The position numbers and the translations under genes are program-made. A DNA stretch of 64,000 nt from Candidatus Poribacteria bacterium. Its GTDB lineage: Bacteria > Poribacteria > WGA-4E > PCPOR2b. A model generated the notes under the pieces. It made no database searches and was not told the origin of the DNA. It worked only from the letters and a program-made list of their open reading frames with translations. This document shows positions 40,846 through 50,879 of the stretch, piece after piece. Location: the NCBI GenBank assembly GCA_965215015.1, contig OZ244042.1:2720001-2784000 (forward strand), read 5' to 3'. The first letter of the stretch is position 1; every line of letters starts with the position of its first letter.

Positions 40846-41076
40846 GTAAATTTCTACCCTTTCACCTGTATTTATCGGGGGCGTGGTGAAACCCTAGTCA
40901 ATCTGGCGAGCAGTTTCCGGTAGGCCATCAAGCCGGATAATCACGAGGTCTTTCCCCACATTTTTGGCTACCACATGCCCTTTGGTATAATAACCGAGTC
41001 GCTTTAACACGCTACGCCTCTCTAGTATAGAACTTCCGTTTTTTAATCAGTTTTCCGTTCTCATCGGGACTGGACG
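40846..41076 (-). pseudogene. Remnant of the trypsin-like domain (contains a frameshift and a stop)
   Basis: Near copy of about 38555-38760 (PDENGKLI...INTGE). Confidence 0.85.
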
Positions 41077-42936
41077 CTAGGGAGATATTTTCCACAGGAG
41101 CACTGTGCCATCCCTACTCCCACTTGCCAATGTCCCCCCATCGGGACTGAACGATACGCTCATGACCTTATCCGTATGCCCGATAAGTGCCCTCTTCTGT
41201 TCACCTGTCACGGCGTCCCACAACCGAACTGTACCGTCCCAACCCGCACTTGCCAATGTCCTCCCGTCTGGACTGAAGGCTATGCTCGTGACCGAATCCG
41301 TATGCCCGATAAGCATCCCCTTCGGTTTACCCGTCACAGCGTCCCACAACCGAACTGTACCGTCCCAACCCGCACTTGCCAGCATCCCTCCATCAGAACT
41401 GAATACCATGCTCGTGACCACACCCATATACCCGATAAGCCTCCGCTGCTGTTTCTGTTTACCCGTCACAGCGTCCCACAACCGAATCGTCTCGTCATAA
41501 CTCGCACTTGCCAGCATCCCTTCATCGGGACTGAACGATACGCTATAGACCCAACTCGTATGCCCGATAAGTGCCCTCTTTTGTTCACCCGTCACAGTGT
41601 CCCACAATCGCACTGTTTTGTCCCCACCCCCACTTGCCAATGTCCTTCCATCTGGACTGAAGGCTATGCTCGTGACCTTACCCGTATACCCGATAGGTGT
41701 CCCCTTCTGTTTACCCGACACCGCTTCCCACAAACGAATATCGCCCAGCATACCCACACTTGCCAGCGTCCGTCCATCCGGACTGAACGATACGCTCTCG
41801 ACCAAACCATAGACCTCACCCGTATGCCCGATAAGCCTCCCCTTCTGTTTACCCGTCACAGCGTCCCACAAACGAACTGTCTTGTCCCCACCCCCACTTG
41901 CCAGCGTCCCTCCATCTGGACTGAACGATACGCTCTCGACCAAATCCGTATGCCCGATAAACCTCCCCTTCTGTTCACCCGTCACCGCGTCCCACAACCG
42001 AATCGTCTTGTCATAACTCGCACTTGCCAGCATCCCTCCATCGGGACTGAAGGCTATGCTCGTGACCTCACTCGTATGCCCGATAAACCTCCCCTTCTGT
42101 TTACCCGACACCGCATCCCACAATCGCACCGTCTTGTCCCGACTCCCACTTGCCAATGTCCCTCCATCGGGACTGAAGGCTACGCTATAGACCAAACCCG
42201 TATGCCCGATAAGTGTTCCCTTCTGTTCACCCGACACCGCGTCCCACAAACGCACTGTATTGTCCCGACTCCCACTTGCCAATGTCCCTCCATCGGGACT
42301 GAAGGCTACGCTATGGCCCCAACCCGTATGCCCGATAAGTGTTCCCTTCTGTTTACCCGACACAGCGTCCCACAAACGAACCGTCTTGTCCCAACCCACA
42401 CTTGCCAGCGTCCCTCCATCTGGACTGAACGATACGCTCTCAACCGAATCCGTATGCCCGATAAATGTCCCCTTCGGTTCACCCGACATGGCGTCCCACA
42501 ACTGCACTGTACCGTCCCCCTCCCCACTTGCCAATGTCCCTCCATCCGGACTGAAGGCTACGCTACTGCAACCCGTATGCCCGATAAGTGTTCCCTTCTG
42601 TTTACCCGACACGGCGTCCCACAACCGAACCGTCCCGTCCCGACTCCCACTTGCCAGCGTCCCTCCATCCGGACTGAACGATGCACTACTGACCGAATCC
42701 GTATGCCCGGTGAACAGGGCAACCTCTTGATAGGTTTGTGCATCATAAATCCAGATACCGATGGAACTCGCAACAGCGAGACGAGTCCCGTCGGGGGAAA
42801 ACTGTATTTCACGTATTAAGCCTTTACCGAGGCGCGCTGTGGCACCTTCGGGTAAACCCCATTGCGTATAGTCCTGGGCAAGGACGTTTGATGAAAATAG
42901 AATAAAAAGAACAAGTAATATTACGGTTGTTTTCAT
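41077..42936 (-). CDS. Secreted WD40-repeat protein (14 repeats)
   Basis: Start MKTTVILL matches the paralogs; ends WKISP*. Confidence 0.92.
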   Translation of the reverse strand: MKTTVILLVLFILFSSNVLAQDYTQWGLPEGATARLGKGLIREIQFSPDGTRLAVASSIGIWIYDAQTYQEVALFTGHTDSVSSASFSPDGGTLASGSRDGTVRLWDAVSGKQKGTLIGHTGCSSVAFSPDGGTLASGEGDGTVQLWDAMSGEPKGTFIGHTDSVESVSFSPDGGTLASVGWDKTVRLWDAVSGKQKGTLIGHTGWGHSVAFSPDGGTLASGSRDNTVRLWDAVSGEQKGTLIGHTGLVYSVAFSPDGGTLASGSRDKTVRLWDAVSGKQKGRFIGHTSEVTSIAFSPDGGMLASASYDKTIRLWDAVTGEQKGRFIGHTDLVESVSFSPDGGTLASGGGDKTVRLWDAVTGKQKGRLIGHTGEVYGLVESVSFSPDGRTLASVGMLGDIRLWEAVSGKQKGTPIGYTGKVTSIAFSPDGRTLASGGGDKTVRLWDTVTGEQKRALIGHTSWVYSVSFSPDEGMLASASYDETIRLWDAVTGKQKQQRRLIGYMGVVTSMVFSSDGGMLASAGWDGTVRLWDAVTGKPKGMLIGHTDSVTSIAFSPDGRTLASAGWDGTVRLWDAVTGEQKRALIGHTDKVMSVSFSPDGGTLASGSRDGTVLLWKISP

Positions 42937-43166
42937 GTAAATTTTTACCCTCTCACCTGTATTTATCGGGGGTGTGGTGAAGCCCCAGTCAATCTGGCGA
43001 GCGGTCTCCGGTAGCCCATCAAGCCGGATAATCACGAGGTCTGTCTCCACATTTTTGGCTACCACATGGCCCTTGGTATAATAACCGAGTCGCTTTAACA
43101 CGCTACGATTCTCTAGATAGAACTCCCGCTCTCTAATCAGTTTTCCGTTCTCATCGGGGCTGCACG
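42937..43166 (-). pseudogene. Remnant of the trypsin-like domain (open and in frame with the downstream WD40 gene)
   Basis: PDENGKLIREREFYLENRSVLKRLGYYTKGHVVAKNVETDLVIIRL...INTGE. Confidence 0.85.
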
Positions 43167-44753
43167 CTAGGGAGATACTTTCCACAGGAGCACTGTACCG
43201 TCCTCACTCCCACTTGCCAATGCCCCTCCATCTGGACTGAACAATAGGTTCGTAACCTCATCTGTATGTCCGATAAGCCTCCCCTTCTGTTCACCTGTAA
43301 CGGCGTCCCACAAACGAACTGTACCGTCTCCACTCGCACTTGCCAATGTCCCTCCATCCGGACTGAAGGCTACGCTCGTGACCCTACCCGTATGCACGAT
43401 AAGCCTCCCCTTCTGTTCACACGTTACGGTATCCCACAAACGAACTGAACGGTCCGTACTCCAACTTGCCAGTGTCCCCCCATCTGGACTGAAGGTTACG
43501 CCCTTGACCCAACTCGTATGCTCGATAAGCCTCCCCTTCTGTTCACACGTTACGGTATCCCACAAACGCACTGTACCGTCATAACTTGTCAATGTCCCTC
43601 CATCTGGACTGAAGGCTACGGTCATGACAGAACCCGTATGCCCGATAAGTGTCCCCTTCTGTTCACCCGTTACGGCGTCCCACAAACGCACTGTACCGTC
43701 ATAACTTGTCAATGTCCCTCCATCTGGACTGAAGGCTACGGTCATGACAGAACCCGTATGCACGATAAGTGTCCCCTTCTGTTCACCTGTAACGGCATCC
43801 CACAACCGAACCGTCTCATCCGTACTCCCACCTGCCAATGTCCTTCCATCTGGACTGAAGGCTACACGCCAGACCCCATACCTATGCCTGATAAGTGTCC
43901 CCTTCTGTTCACCCGTTACGGCGTCCCACAAACGCACTGTACCGTCCCCACTCCCACCTACCAATGTCCCACCATCTGGACTGAAGGCTACGCTCATGAC
44001 CGAACCCGTATGCCCGATAAGCCTCCCCTTCTGTTCACCTGTAACGGCGTCCCACAAACGAACCGTCTTATCCCTACTCCCACTTGCCAATGTCCTTCCA
44101 TCTGGACTGAAGGCTACACGCCAGACCCCATACCTATGCCTGATAAGTGTCCCCTTCTGTTTACCCGTCACAGCGTCCCACAATCGCACTGTAGTGTCCA
44201 CACTCCCACTTGCTAATGTCCCTCCATCTGGACTGAAGGCTACGCTCATGACCGAACCCGTATGCCCGATAAGCCTCCACTTCTGTTTACCTGTAACGGC
44301 ATCCCACAACCGAACCGTCTTATCCTCCCAACTCCCACTTGCCAATGTCCCTCCATCTGGACTGAAGGCTACGCTCATGACCGAACCCGTATGCCCGATA
44401 AGTGCTCCCTTGTGTTCACCCGTTACGGCGTCCCACAACCGCACTGTATCGTCATAATAACCCCCACTTGCCAATGTCCCTCCATCTGGACTGAAGGCTA
44501 TGCTATGATCCCAATCCGCACCGGTGAACAGGGCAACCTCTTGATAGGTTTGTGCATCATAAAGCCAGAGACCGATGGAACTCGCAACAGCAAGACGAGT
44601 CCCGTCGGGGGAAAACTGGATTTCACCAGATAGCGACCCTTTACCAAGGCGCGCGGTGGCACCTTCGGGTAAACCCCATCGCGTATAGTCTTGGGGAGGG
44701 ACGTTTGATGAAAAAAGAATAAAAAGAATAGGTAATGTTACGGTTGCTTCCAT
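43167..44753 (-). CDS. WD40-repeat protein (12 repeats), signal peptide possibly degraded
   Basis: AAGGAG RBS; MEATVTLPILFILFSSNVPPQD; ends WKVSP*. Confidence 0.9.
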   Translation of the reverse strand: MEATVTLPILFILFSSNVPPQDYTRWGLPEGATARLGKGSLSGEIQFSPDGTRLAVASSIGLWLYDAQTYQEVALFTGADWDHSIAFSPDGGTLASGGYYDDTVRLWDAVTGEHKGALIGHTGSVMSVAFSPDGGTLASGSWEDKTVRLWDAVTGKQKWRLIGHTGSVMSVAFSPDGGTLASGSVDTTVRLWDAVTGKQKGTLIRHRYGVWRVAFSPDGRTLASGSRDKTVRLWDAVTGEQKGRLIGHTGSVMSVAFSPDGGTLVGGSGDGTVRLWDAVTGEQKGTLIRHRYGVWRVAFSPDGRTLAGGSTDETVRLWDAVTGEQKGTLIVHTGSVMTVAFSPDGGTLTSYDGTVRLWDAVTGEQKGTLIGHTGSVMTVAFSPDGGTLTSYDGTVRLWDTVTCEQKGRLIEHTSWVKGVTFSPDGGTLASWSTDRSVRLWDTVTCEQKGRLIVHTGRVTSVAFSPDGGTLASASGDGTVRLWDAVTGEQKGRLIGHTDEVTNLLFSPDGGALASGSEDGTVLLWKVSP

Positions 44754-44945
44754 TTAAATTTCTACTCCTTAGCGGTTAATTGCCATTTTGTAGGCGGCAC
44801 CTCGGCGGGCACACTCTCTACCACAAAATTTACAGGGACCTGCTTGCCTTCTCCTATTTGGGCCATTTCCATAGAATAACCATCACAACCAATGTTAGGG
44901 ACATACGCCTAAGCATAAATGCTTGGCTTGTCAGAAATTACTTTC

Positions 44946-44954
44946 ATTATAGCA
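44946..44954 (-). promoter_or_regulatory. Putative extended -10 promoter for the WD40 array
   Basis: TGCTATAAT (TGnTATAAT) about 190 bp upstream of the first WD40 gene. Confidence 0.45.
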
Positions 44955-45135
44955 CATCTGCCTGTAAGGAAAAAGAAAAAATCAGGAGGCGGACTTGCAG
45001 ACTTTTACCTGAGTGTCTATCAACTCTGCCAGTAAGTGCTCGACATCAACACGAGCAGCTGTCCGGTCTGTGATGAGATCCTCGCCAAATTGGGAAGTTT
45101 CTCCAACTCACAAAATAGGCATCCCCCGTACTGAC

Positions 45136-45236
45136 TGTGTATCGCAGCTTGGACACTGCCATCTCCTGTCACGCAGATTCAACGCTTCATTCACAAAACC
45201 ACAAGCCGAACAGGTCTGACTAGAGGGCTACCACTT
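45136..45236 (-). pseudogene. tnpB: TnpB zinc-ribbon fragment
   Basis: KW*PSSQTCSACGFVNEALNLRDRRWQCPSCDTQ. Confidence 0.8.
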
Positions 45237-45750
45237 GTCCCGGATTGTCCCCTACTTATGCTCTCCCCACCGCTAAGAACCCAAGCACCCCCTCAGTCCC
45301 CCTGCAAGCAGGAGGAAGGACAAATTCCCCCTTGCTTGCGGGGGGGTTAGGGGGGGTAAAAAAATACGACTTTTTCGTTGCAGAATTGGACAGTCCCTGC
45401 TATGATAATCTAAGTCGCTAGATAGCCCATAGTCAAGCTTCGATTTGTCCCGGATCGTCCCCTACTTGCGTCCTCCCCATTGCTAAGAACCCAAGCATCC
45501 CCTCAGTCCCCCTGCAAGCAGGAGGAAAAGAGCCCCCGCAAGCGGTGGGGGCTCCCGCTTGCGTCCCACCGCTGCAAATTTCCCCCGAAAGAACCCCCTC
45601 GGTCCCCCCGCCGGCGGGAGGAAGGACAAATTCCCCCTTGCTTGCGGGGGGGTTAGGGGGGGTAAAAAAATACGATTTTTTCGTTGCAGAATTGGACAGT
45701 CTCTGCTATGATAATTTAAGTCGCTAGATAGCCCATAGTCAAGCTTCGAT
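45235..45750. repeat. Tandem duplication of an about 210-bp promoter-containing unit
   Basis: ttgtcccggat...agtcaagcttcgat at 45235-45444 and 45445-45750; the second copy has an about 95-bp insert. Confidence 0.9.
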
Positions 45751-45825
45751 ACTCGACACCTAAGACAAGCTATCAAACAGTCAAGTCAAATCATAAATCC
45801 ATTTTTAGACATACCGGAGGACTCA

Positions 45826-47559
45826 ATGCGAAAAACGATTAGCGGTACAGGCGGGATGATTCTGGTCAAGATGCTCAAGGAGTGCGGGGTCGAATATCTC
45901 TTTACCAACCCCGGCTCAGCAGAAACGGGTCTATTCGCAGCTGTCGCCGAAGATGGTGATTTGCGGATTGCCATGGCGAAACATGAGGGGCTAGTCTCCG
46001 CCATGGCAGATGGATACCACCGCACTAGCGGCAGGGTGGGGGTAGCGATTGCCCATGTGACCGGAGGCTCACTTCAGATGGCGGGGCAGCTCTACAACGC
46101 CCAGATGGCAGGCTCGGCGGTGGTTGTTATTGCCGGGGATTGGACGAAGGAGGTCCAGGATTTCCGAGGCTTAACCCCCTTTCCCGGCCTAAGTCAAGCA
46201 GAGCTGATGCGCGGCATGACCAAAGAGGCGCGTTGTGCGTATCAAGTGAGTTATCAGCCGGAGGCACTTACGTTGGCGACAGCGAGAGCGATGCGTGAAG
46301 CGACGAACCCACCCACGGGCCCTGTTTTTATCTCGGTGAGTGCGGATCTGCTCAATCGTGAAGGCCTTGAGGCAGAGATTGGAGAAGGCGCAGGCTATCA
46401 TATTGAAGGGCCGGGAGCGGCGCGGCCCCAAACCACCGAAGCAATTGCTCGAAAGCTCGGTGAGTGTGGCTGTCCTGCCCTGATGTTCGGCGATGACGTC
46501 TGGAACCAAAACGCACAAGATGAAGCTGTAGAACTAGCGGAGTTACTTGGCGCACCGGTTGTCAGCAGCCGACAGACCAGTGCCAACTTCCCGACGCACC
46601 ACCCGTTGTACTGTGGCGGTTATCCGATGGCAAAAGAATTTTCCGAGATGACGGGTCTGCAACCGGATCTCCTGTTCATGGTCGGCTGTCGAGGGCTTCA
46701 TGGGGATGCGGCGGAACCGACCGTGATGCAGATTGGTCCCAATCCAACACTGATGGGCAGGCACTATCCGCTCGACCTAGCTGCCCAGTGTAACTTAAAG
46801 GAGACCCTACCCGCCCTATGTGAGACCATATCCAGTCTGTACGGGACTGATGCCATCGAGTTGTGGCGAACCCAACGCGCCAAGGTCTCAACCTACGCCA
46901 AACGCCTGCTTGAACGTGAGGAGGCAGTTGTGCGGGAACATGCGGACGACGATGTGATTCATCCCAGTCTGTTAGAGGCACAGATGGCAACGTTCCTGCC
47001 GAAAAACTCGATAATCATTGGAGAGAATCCAACCGCCCGAACAACACTGCTGCCGTTTGGATATCAACAGATGTGGCGGTTCGGTGGGGGCGGGGGTTCG
47101 CTCGGATGGGCGGTCGGCGGTGCGGTTGGCGCGAAGATTGGGATTGGAGACGAGAGGCCCGTCGTTTTGAGCATCGGCGATGGCTCGCTTACCTACAGCG
47201 CAGCGGGGTTCTGGTCAATGGCTCGCTATAAGACCCCTGTGTTGACGATTGTTTCTAACAACGAAAGCTATCAGGTGGTGCGTATCAACTGGGCGCGGGA
47301 AATGCCGGACAGTCAGATGGTGCAGGAGGGCAAATATCCCGGACTCTTCCTTGGGGGACCGTCCATTGATTACGCTGCGCTTGCTCGGGCTCAGGGGGTA
47401 GATGGCGAACGTGTCGCCGATCCGTCAGAGTTAGAGGCAGCACTAAAGCGGGGAATTGACTGTATCACCAAAGAAAATCGACCGTATTTGCTTGATGTCG
47501 TCGTAGCGCGGGAGGGGACCGGTCATGAGTCCGAATGGCATCAGGGTTGGCAGCTATAG
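45826..47559 (+). CDS. Thiamine pyrophosphate-dependent enzyme (benzoylformate decarboxylase-like)
   Basis: FTNPGSAE, HE...MADGY, GGSLGW and GDGS...NN TPP-binding motif. Confidence 0.92.
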   Translation: MRKTISGTGGMILVKMLKECGVEYLFTNPGSAETGLFAAVAEDGDLRIAMAKHEGLVSAMADGYHRTSGRVGVAIAHVTGGSLQMAGQLYNAQMAGSAVVVIAGDWTKEVQDFRGLTPFPGLSQAELMRGMTKEARCAYQVSYQPEALTLATARAMREATNPPTGPVFISVSADLLNREGLEAEIGEGAGYHIEGPGAARPQTTEAIARKLGECGCPALMFGDDVWNQNAQDEAVELAELLGAPVVSSRQTSANFPTHHPLYCGGYPMAKEFSEMTGLQPDLLFMVGCRGLHGDAAEPTVMQIGPNPTLMGRHYPLDLAAQCNLKETLPALCETISSLYGTDAIELWRTQRAKVSTYAKRLLEREEAVVREHADDDVIHPSLLEAQMATFLPKNSIIIGENPTARTTLLPFGYQQMWRFGGGGGSLGWAVGGAVGAKIGIGDERPVVLSIGDGSLTYSAAGFWSMARYKTPVLTIVSNNESYQVVRINWAREMPDSQMVQEGKYPGLFLGGPSIDYAALARAQGVDGERVADPSELEAALKRGIDCITKENRPYLLDVVVAREGTGHESEWHQGWQL

Positions 47560-47593
47560 GACAAATTTCCGCGTTCTGTTTCGGAGGAAAAAT

Positions 47594-47752
47594 ATGCGTT
47601 TTGGGGTGCAGTTATGTGCCTTGGCTTTCTCGGCGATGTTATCCATCACAGTTGTTGCTGATGAGAAAGACGCAGATATTATTATGCTGGAAGATATCAC
47701 GGTCACCGCCCAAAAGCGCGACCATGGGTCAGGCTCCATATCGCGGTTGTAA
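47594..47752 (+). pseudogene. Truncated TonB-dependent receptor N-terminus
   Basis: GGAGG RBS, signal peptide and TonB-box-like LEDITVTAQKR, followed by an early stop. Confidence 0.65.
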
Positions 47753-47755
47753 GAG

Positions 47756-49819
47756 ATGTTCAACAAATCTTTTTTGCCAAAAGCACTTTTTGAATTCGTC
47801 ATCATCTCCGATTCCCACTATATGCTCGATCCGGGCACGGTATCTCTCGAATTTGAGAATCGTCGGCAGCAATCTACTCGGCGGGGGATAGCCCTGCACA
47901 TGGCGGCAGCACTTGCGCCTAAATTCATTGTGCACAACGGGGATATGGTTCAGGAATATCCCGACAATTTAGAGCAATTTTACAAATCAATGGGCGAATC
48001 GCTTGAACAGCTACAAGTGTGCGGCATTGAACCTTACTATGTTGCGGGAAATCATGACATCGGCGATAAACCCGATCCCACCGCGCCCGCTTCCCACGTC
48101 AGTCGGGAGGTGTTGGATTGGTATCATCGGACATTCGGGGAATCATGGTATAGTTTCAATCAGGGGGATTGCCATTTTACGGTTCTCAACTCGCAGATTA
48201 TGAATGGTACGCTCCCTGATGCCGCTGAACAAGCGGCATGGGTAGAAAAGGATTTGGCTGAACATGCGAAGAAGCGTCTTTTCATCCTTCTGCACATGCC
48301 GCCCTATCTGTTCGATGAAACCGAACCCTCGATGGGACATTACGACAATCTAGCAAATCCCGCAAGGGCTTGGCTGCTTGATTTGGTGCGGCGTTACAAG
48401 GTCGAGCTGCTCATTGCCGGCCATGTCCACTTCGCCTTCTTTGATCACTTAGCGGAAACACGATACACGGTATTAGCCTCCCCTGTATTCACCCGCCCCG
48501 GGTTTTCCTGCCTGTTTGCCGGTCCGCCCCCGCCCCAACGAGGGCGCGATGACGCCCCTAAATTTGGATTTTATCTCATGCGGGTAAGAGCGGACAAAAC
48601 GGATATTCATTTTATTCGGACATCTGGGGTTGACAGGCTTCCACCAAATACAGAAGAGCGGCTCATCACACGGGTCAGTGGTACACTCCCCCAATCTCCG
48701 CTGGGCATCACGCTAAGTCAACCGTTGGCGACGGTTGCCGAAATTCCACGCGCCTGGCCCGCTGTAATACGGGAGAAGGTGAGAAATGACTATCCCCTGC
48801 TTGCTTGCATGGAGATGGGGATTGGATATGTCCGGGCACCACTTACAGATTTTCAAGACACCTTCCAGCGGAGGCGTTTGGAAATCTTGCGTAAAGAGGG
48901 GGTGAAGCTCAGTGCCATTGTCATTTTCTCCGAAGAATTTAATATCTTGGAGGCAATGTCCCAAATCTACCCAAGTATCGATGGGCTGGAAATTCAGATA
49001 GCTGGGATGCTTTATCCGTCGGGAAAATGTATTGAGGTTATCAAAGTTCTTCGGGAACGATTGGGTGTATCCGTTACATTGTTACCGATTGTTTGTAGAG
49101 AGGTAGTTTCAGAAAAACAGTTTCCTCGTTTTCGTCTCGGATACACTCCTCAAGAAATCCCAGCCCTTAACCAATTTTTAGAGGGAAATGGAGTAGCCAT
49201 TGATAGGATTATTTGCAAGTTGAATAACGATCAATCGCTGTGGGATCAGATTCAGGAAATCGCAGAAATCACGCCCTTCAGCCATATCTCCAACGTAGAT
49301 TTCAGTCTTGAGCTCTCAATGACGAATGACCAAACTAACGCAAATCTGGCCGCGGAGGGACTATTTTCGATGGCAACGATGCCGGGGTCCCGCATCTATT
49401 TTGAGCCCTTCATCGATCTTGACAGGACGATGGATGTAACGCATGGGCTTCTGGATACCCTTTGCAATCCACGCCTCGCAAGTTACACCCTGCAGTCCCT
49501 CAACACGATTATGCATAGCCGGTCGTTGGAGGTTTCAAGAGACTCACTTCGTCTGAAGCAGGTGAACGATTTGAAGGCTTTACAACTTTCGACCAATACC
49601 TCGACCTATACGCTGTTGTTGCACAGCAGGACAGAATCCATAACAAGCGAAGCAGTCAACATAGAAGCACTTTTGGAGGTGAGAAAGGGAGAACGGTTGA
49701 AGATTTACCAACTATCCAAGATAACGCTCCAAAGTGTAAATTTTCATGAAGCGAAAAACGGCATTTCGCTAACACCTGCTCAAACCCCTGTCCTCATTGA
49801 AAGTCCACCGATTTATTAG
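47756..49819 (+). CDS. Calcineurin-like metallophosphoesterase with unknown C-terminal domain
   Basis: DSH, GD, GNHD, H and GHVH motifs. Confidence 0.88.
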   Translation: MFNKSFLPKALFEFVIISDSHYMLDPGTVSLEFENRRQQSTRRGIALHMAAALAPKFIVHNGDMVQEYPDNLEQFYKSMGESLEQLQVCGIEPYYVAGNHDIGDKPDPTAPASHVSREVLDWYHRTFGESWYSFNQGDCHFTVLNSQIMNGTLPDAAEQAAWVEKDLAEHAKKRLFILLHMPPYLFDETEPSMGHYDNLANPARAWLLDLVRRYKVELLIAGHVHFAFFDHLAETRYTVLASPVFTRPGFSCLFAGPPPPQRGRDDAPKFGFYLMRVRADKTDIHFIRTSGVDRLPPNTEERLITRVSGTLPQSPLGITLSQPLATVAEIPRAWPAVIREKVRNDYPLLACMEMGIGYVRAPLTDFQDTFQRRRLEILRKEGVKLSAIVIFSEEFNILEAMSQIYPSIDGLEIQIAGMLYPSGKCIEVIKVLRERLGVSVTLLPIVCREVVSEKQFPRFRLGYTPQEIPALNQFLEGNGVAIDRIICKLNNDQSLWDQIQEIAEITPFSHISNVDFSLELSMTNDQTNANLAAEGLFSMATMPGSRIYFEPFIDLDRTMDVTHGLLDTLCNPRLASYTLQSLNTIMHSRSLEVSRDSLRLKQVNDLKALQLSTNTSTYTLLLHSRTESITSEAVNIEALLEVRKGERLKIYQLSKITLQSVNFHEAKNGISLTPAQTPVLIESPPIY

Positions 49820-49874
49820 CACAGAAACCTATCGAAAAAATGTTAGCGGCGTTGAACAACAGAGGTGAAATTTC

Positions 49875-50879
49875 ATGAACACCTTATTACCTCCATTTCA
49901 TTACACTCATTCGCCAACCTTACCCAAACTGCTCTGGCAATTGGGGTGCACCCTGGTGTTTAGCACCTACCAGGCGGGTAAGGTTATCTTTATCCGTGCC
50001 ACAAGCCCAGAAAAGATTGAGCAGCGCACCTTGGACTTCCCTAGACCTATGGGATTGGCGGTTTCTGATCAGCGGATTGCAGTGGCTACGCGGGATGAGG
50101 TAGTGGTGCTTACTAACACTTCAGTGGAGGAGTCGATTGAGCCCGGGCATGTTGACTCCGGGGGCTTGATTGGAGGGGAAGAGGGCGCGGCGTATGTGCT
50201 GGAAAAGACTTACTTCACCGGAGAGATTGACACCCATGATCTCGCTTGGGGGAAGGACGGCCTGTGGGCAATCAATACCCTCCTTTCATCCATGGCTTTG
50301 GCAGATGATCGCCCAACCTTCGATCTCCAATGGCGCCCCCCATTCGTCAGCGACGTAGCCCCAGAAGATCGTTGTCATTTGAACAGCATAGCGATGGTAG
50401 ATGGTGGACCTGAGTACGTAACAGCGTTTGGGGAGGTGGATACCCTTGAGGGGTGGCGCGAGAATAAACTATCGGGTGGCATTTTGATGAATGTCCCCAG
50501 TGGGGAGATTGTGCTAGAAGGGTTACCAATGCCGCACTCCCCGCGGGTCTATGACGGGAAACTTTATCTGCTGCTCTCAGCGACTGGAGAGTTAGTGTGT
50601 GCCGAACCAGAAACGGGGGGATACGAGGTGGTTACGCAGTTGCCCGGCTTCGTGCGTGGAATGGCTCGTTGTGATGACTATCTATTCGTGGGATTGTCAA
50701 AGCTGCGAAAGACCAGTTCGACCTTTGCAGCACTGCCAATCTCCGAACAGGCGGTGTTCAGCGGCATTGTCGCCGTGTCTCTATCCGAGGGGCGTATTGT
50801 AGAATATCTCAGGTATGAGACAAGTTGCGAGGAGATTTATGATGTGCAAATCTTACCGGAGAGGGATGACGCGCAATGA
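49875..50879 (+). CDS. TIGR03032 / DUF4915 family protein
   Basis: STYQAGK, PEDRCHLN, MPHSPR and PGFVRG motifs. Confidence 0.9.
   Translation: MNTLLPPFHYTHSPTLPKLLWQLGCTLVFSTYQAGKVIFIRATSPEKIEQRTLDFPRPMGLAVSDQRIAVATRDEVVVLTNTSVEESIEPGHVDSGGLIGGEEGAAYVLEKTYFTGEIDTHDLAWGKDGLWAINTLLSSMALADDRPTFDLQWRPPFVSDVAPEDRCHLNSIAMVDGGPEYVTAFGEVDTLEGWRENKLSGGILMNVPSGEIVLEGLPMPHSPRVYDGKLYLLLSATGELVCAEPETGGYEVVTQLPGFVRGMARCDDYLFVGLSKLRKTSSTFAALPISEQAVFSGIVAVSLSEGRIVEYLRYETSCEEIYDVQILPERDDAQ

Noticed and set aside
42937-43185. N-terminal extension of the 702-aa ORF
   Set aside because: It is the protease remnant; the true start matches the paralogs' signal peptide at 42936.
38930-44633. Long plus-strand ORFs (388, 547, 237 aa and others)
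   Set aside because: Antisense shadows of the repetitive WD40 genes.
38287-44753. Diversity-generating retroelement or shufflon
   Set aside because: No reverse transcriptase, no adenine-specific TR/VR pair, and no recombinase or inverted cassettes in the window.
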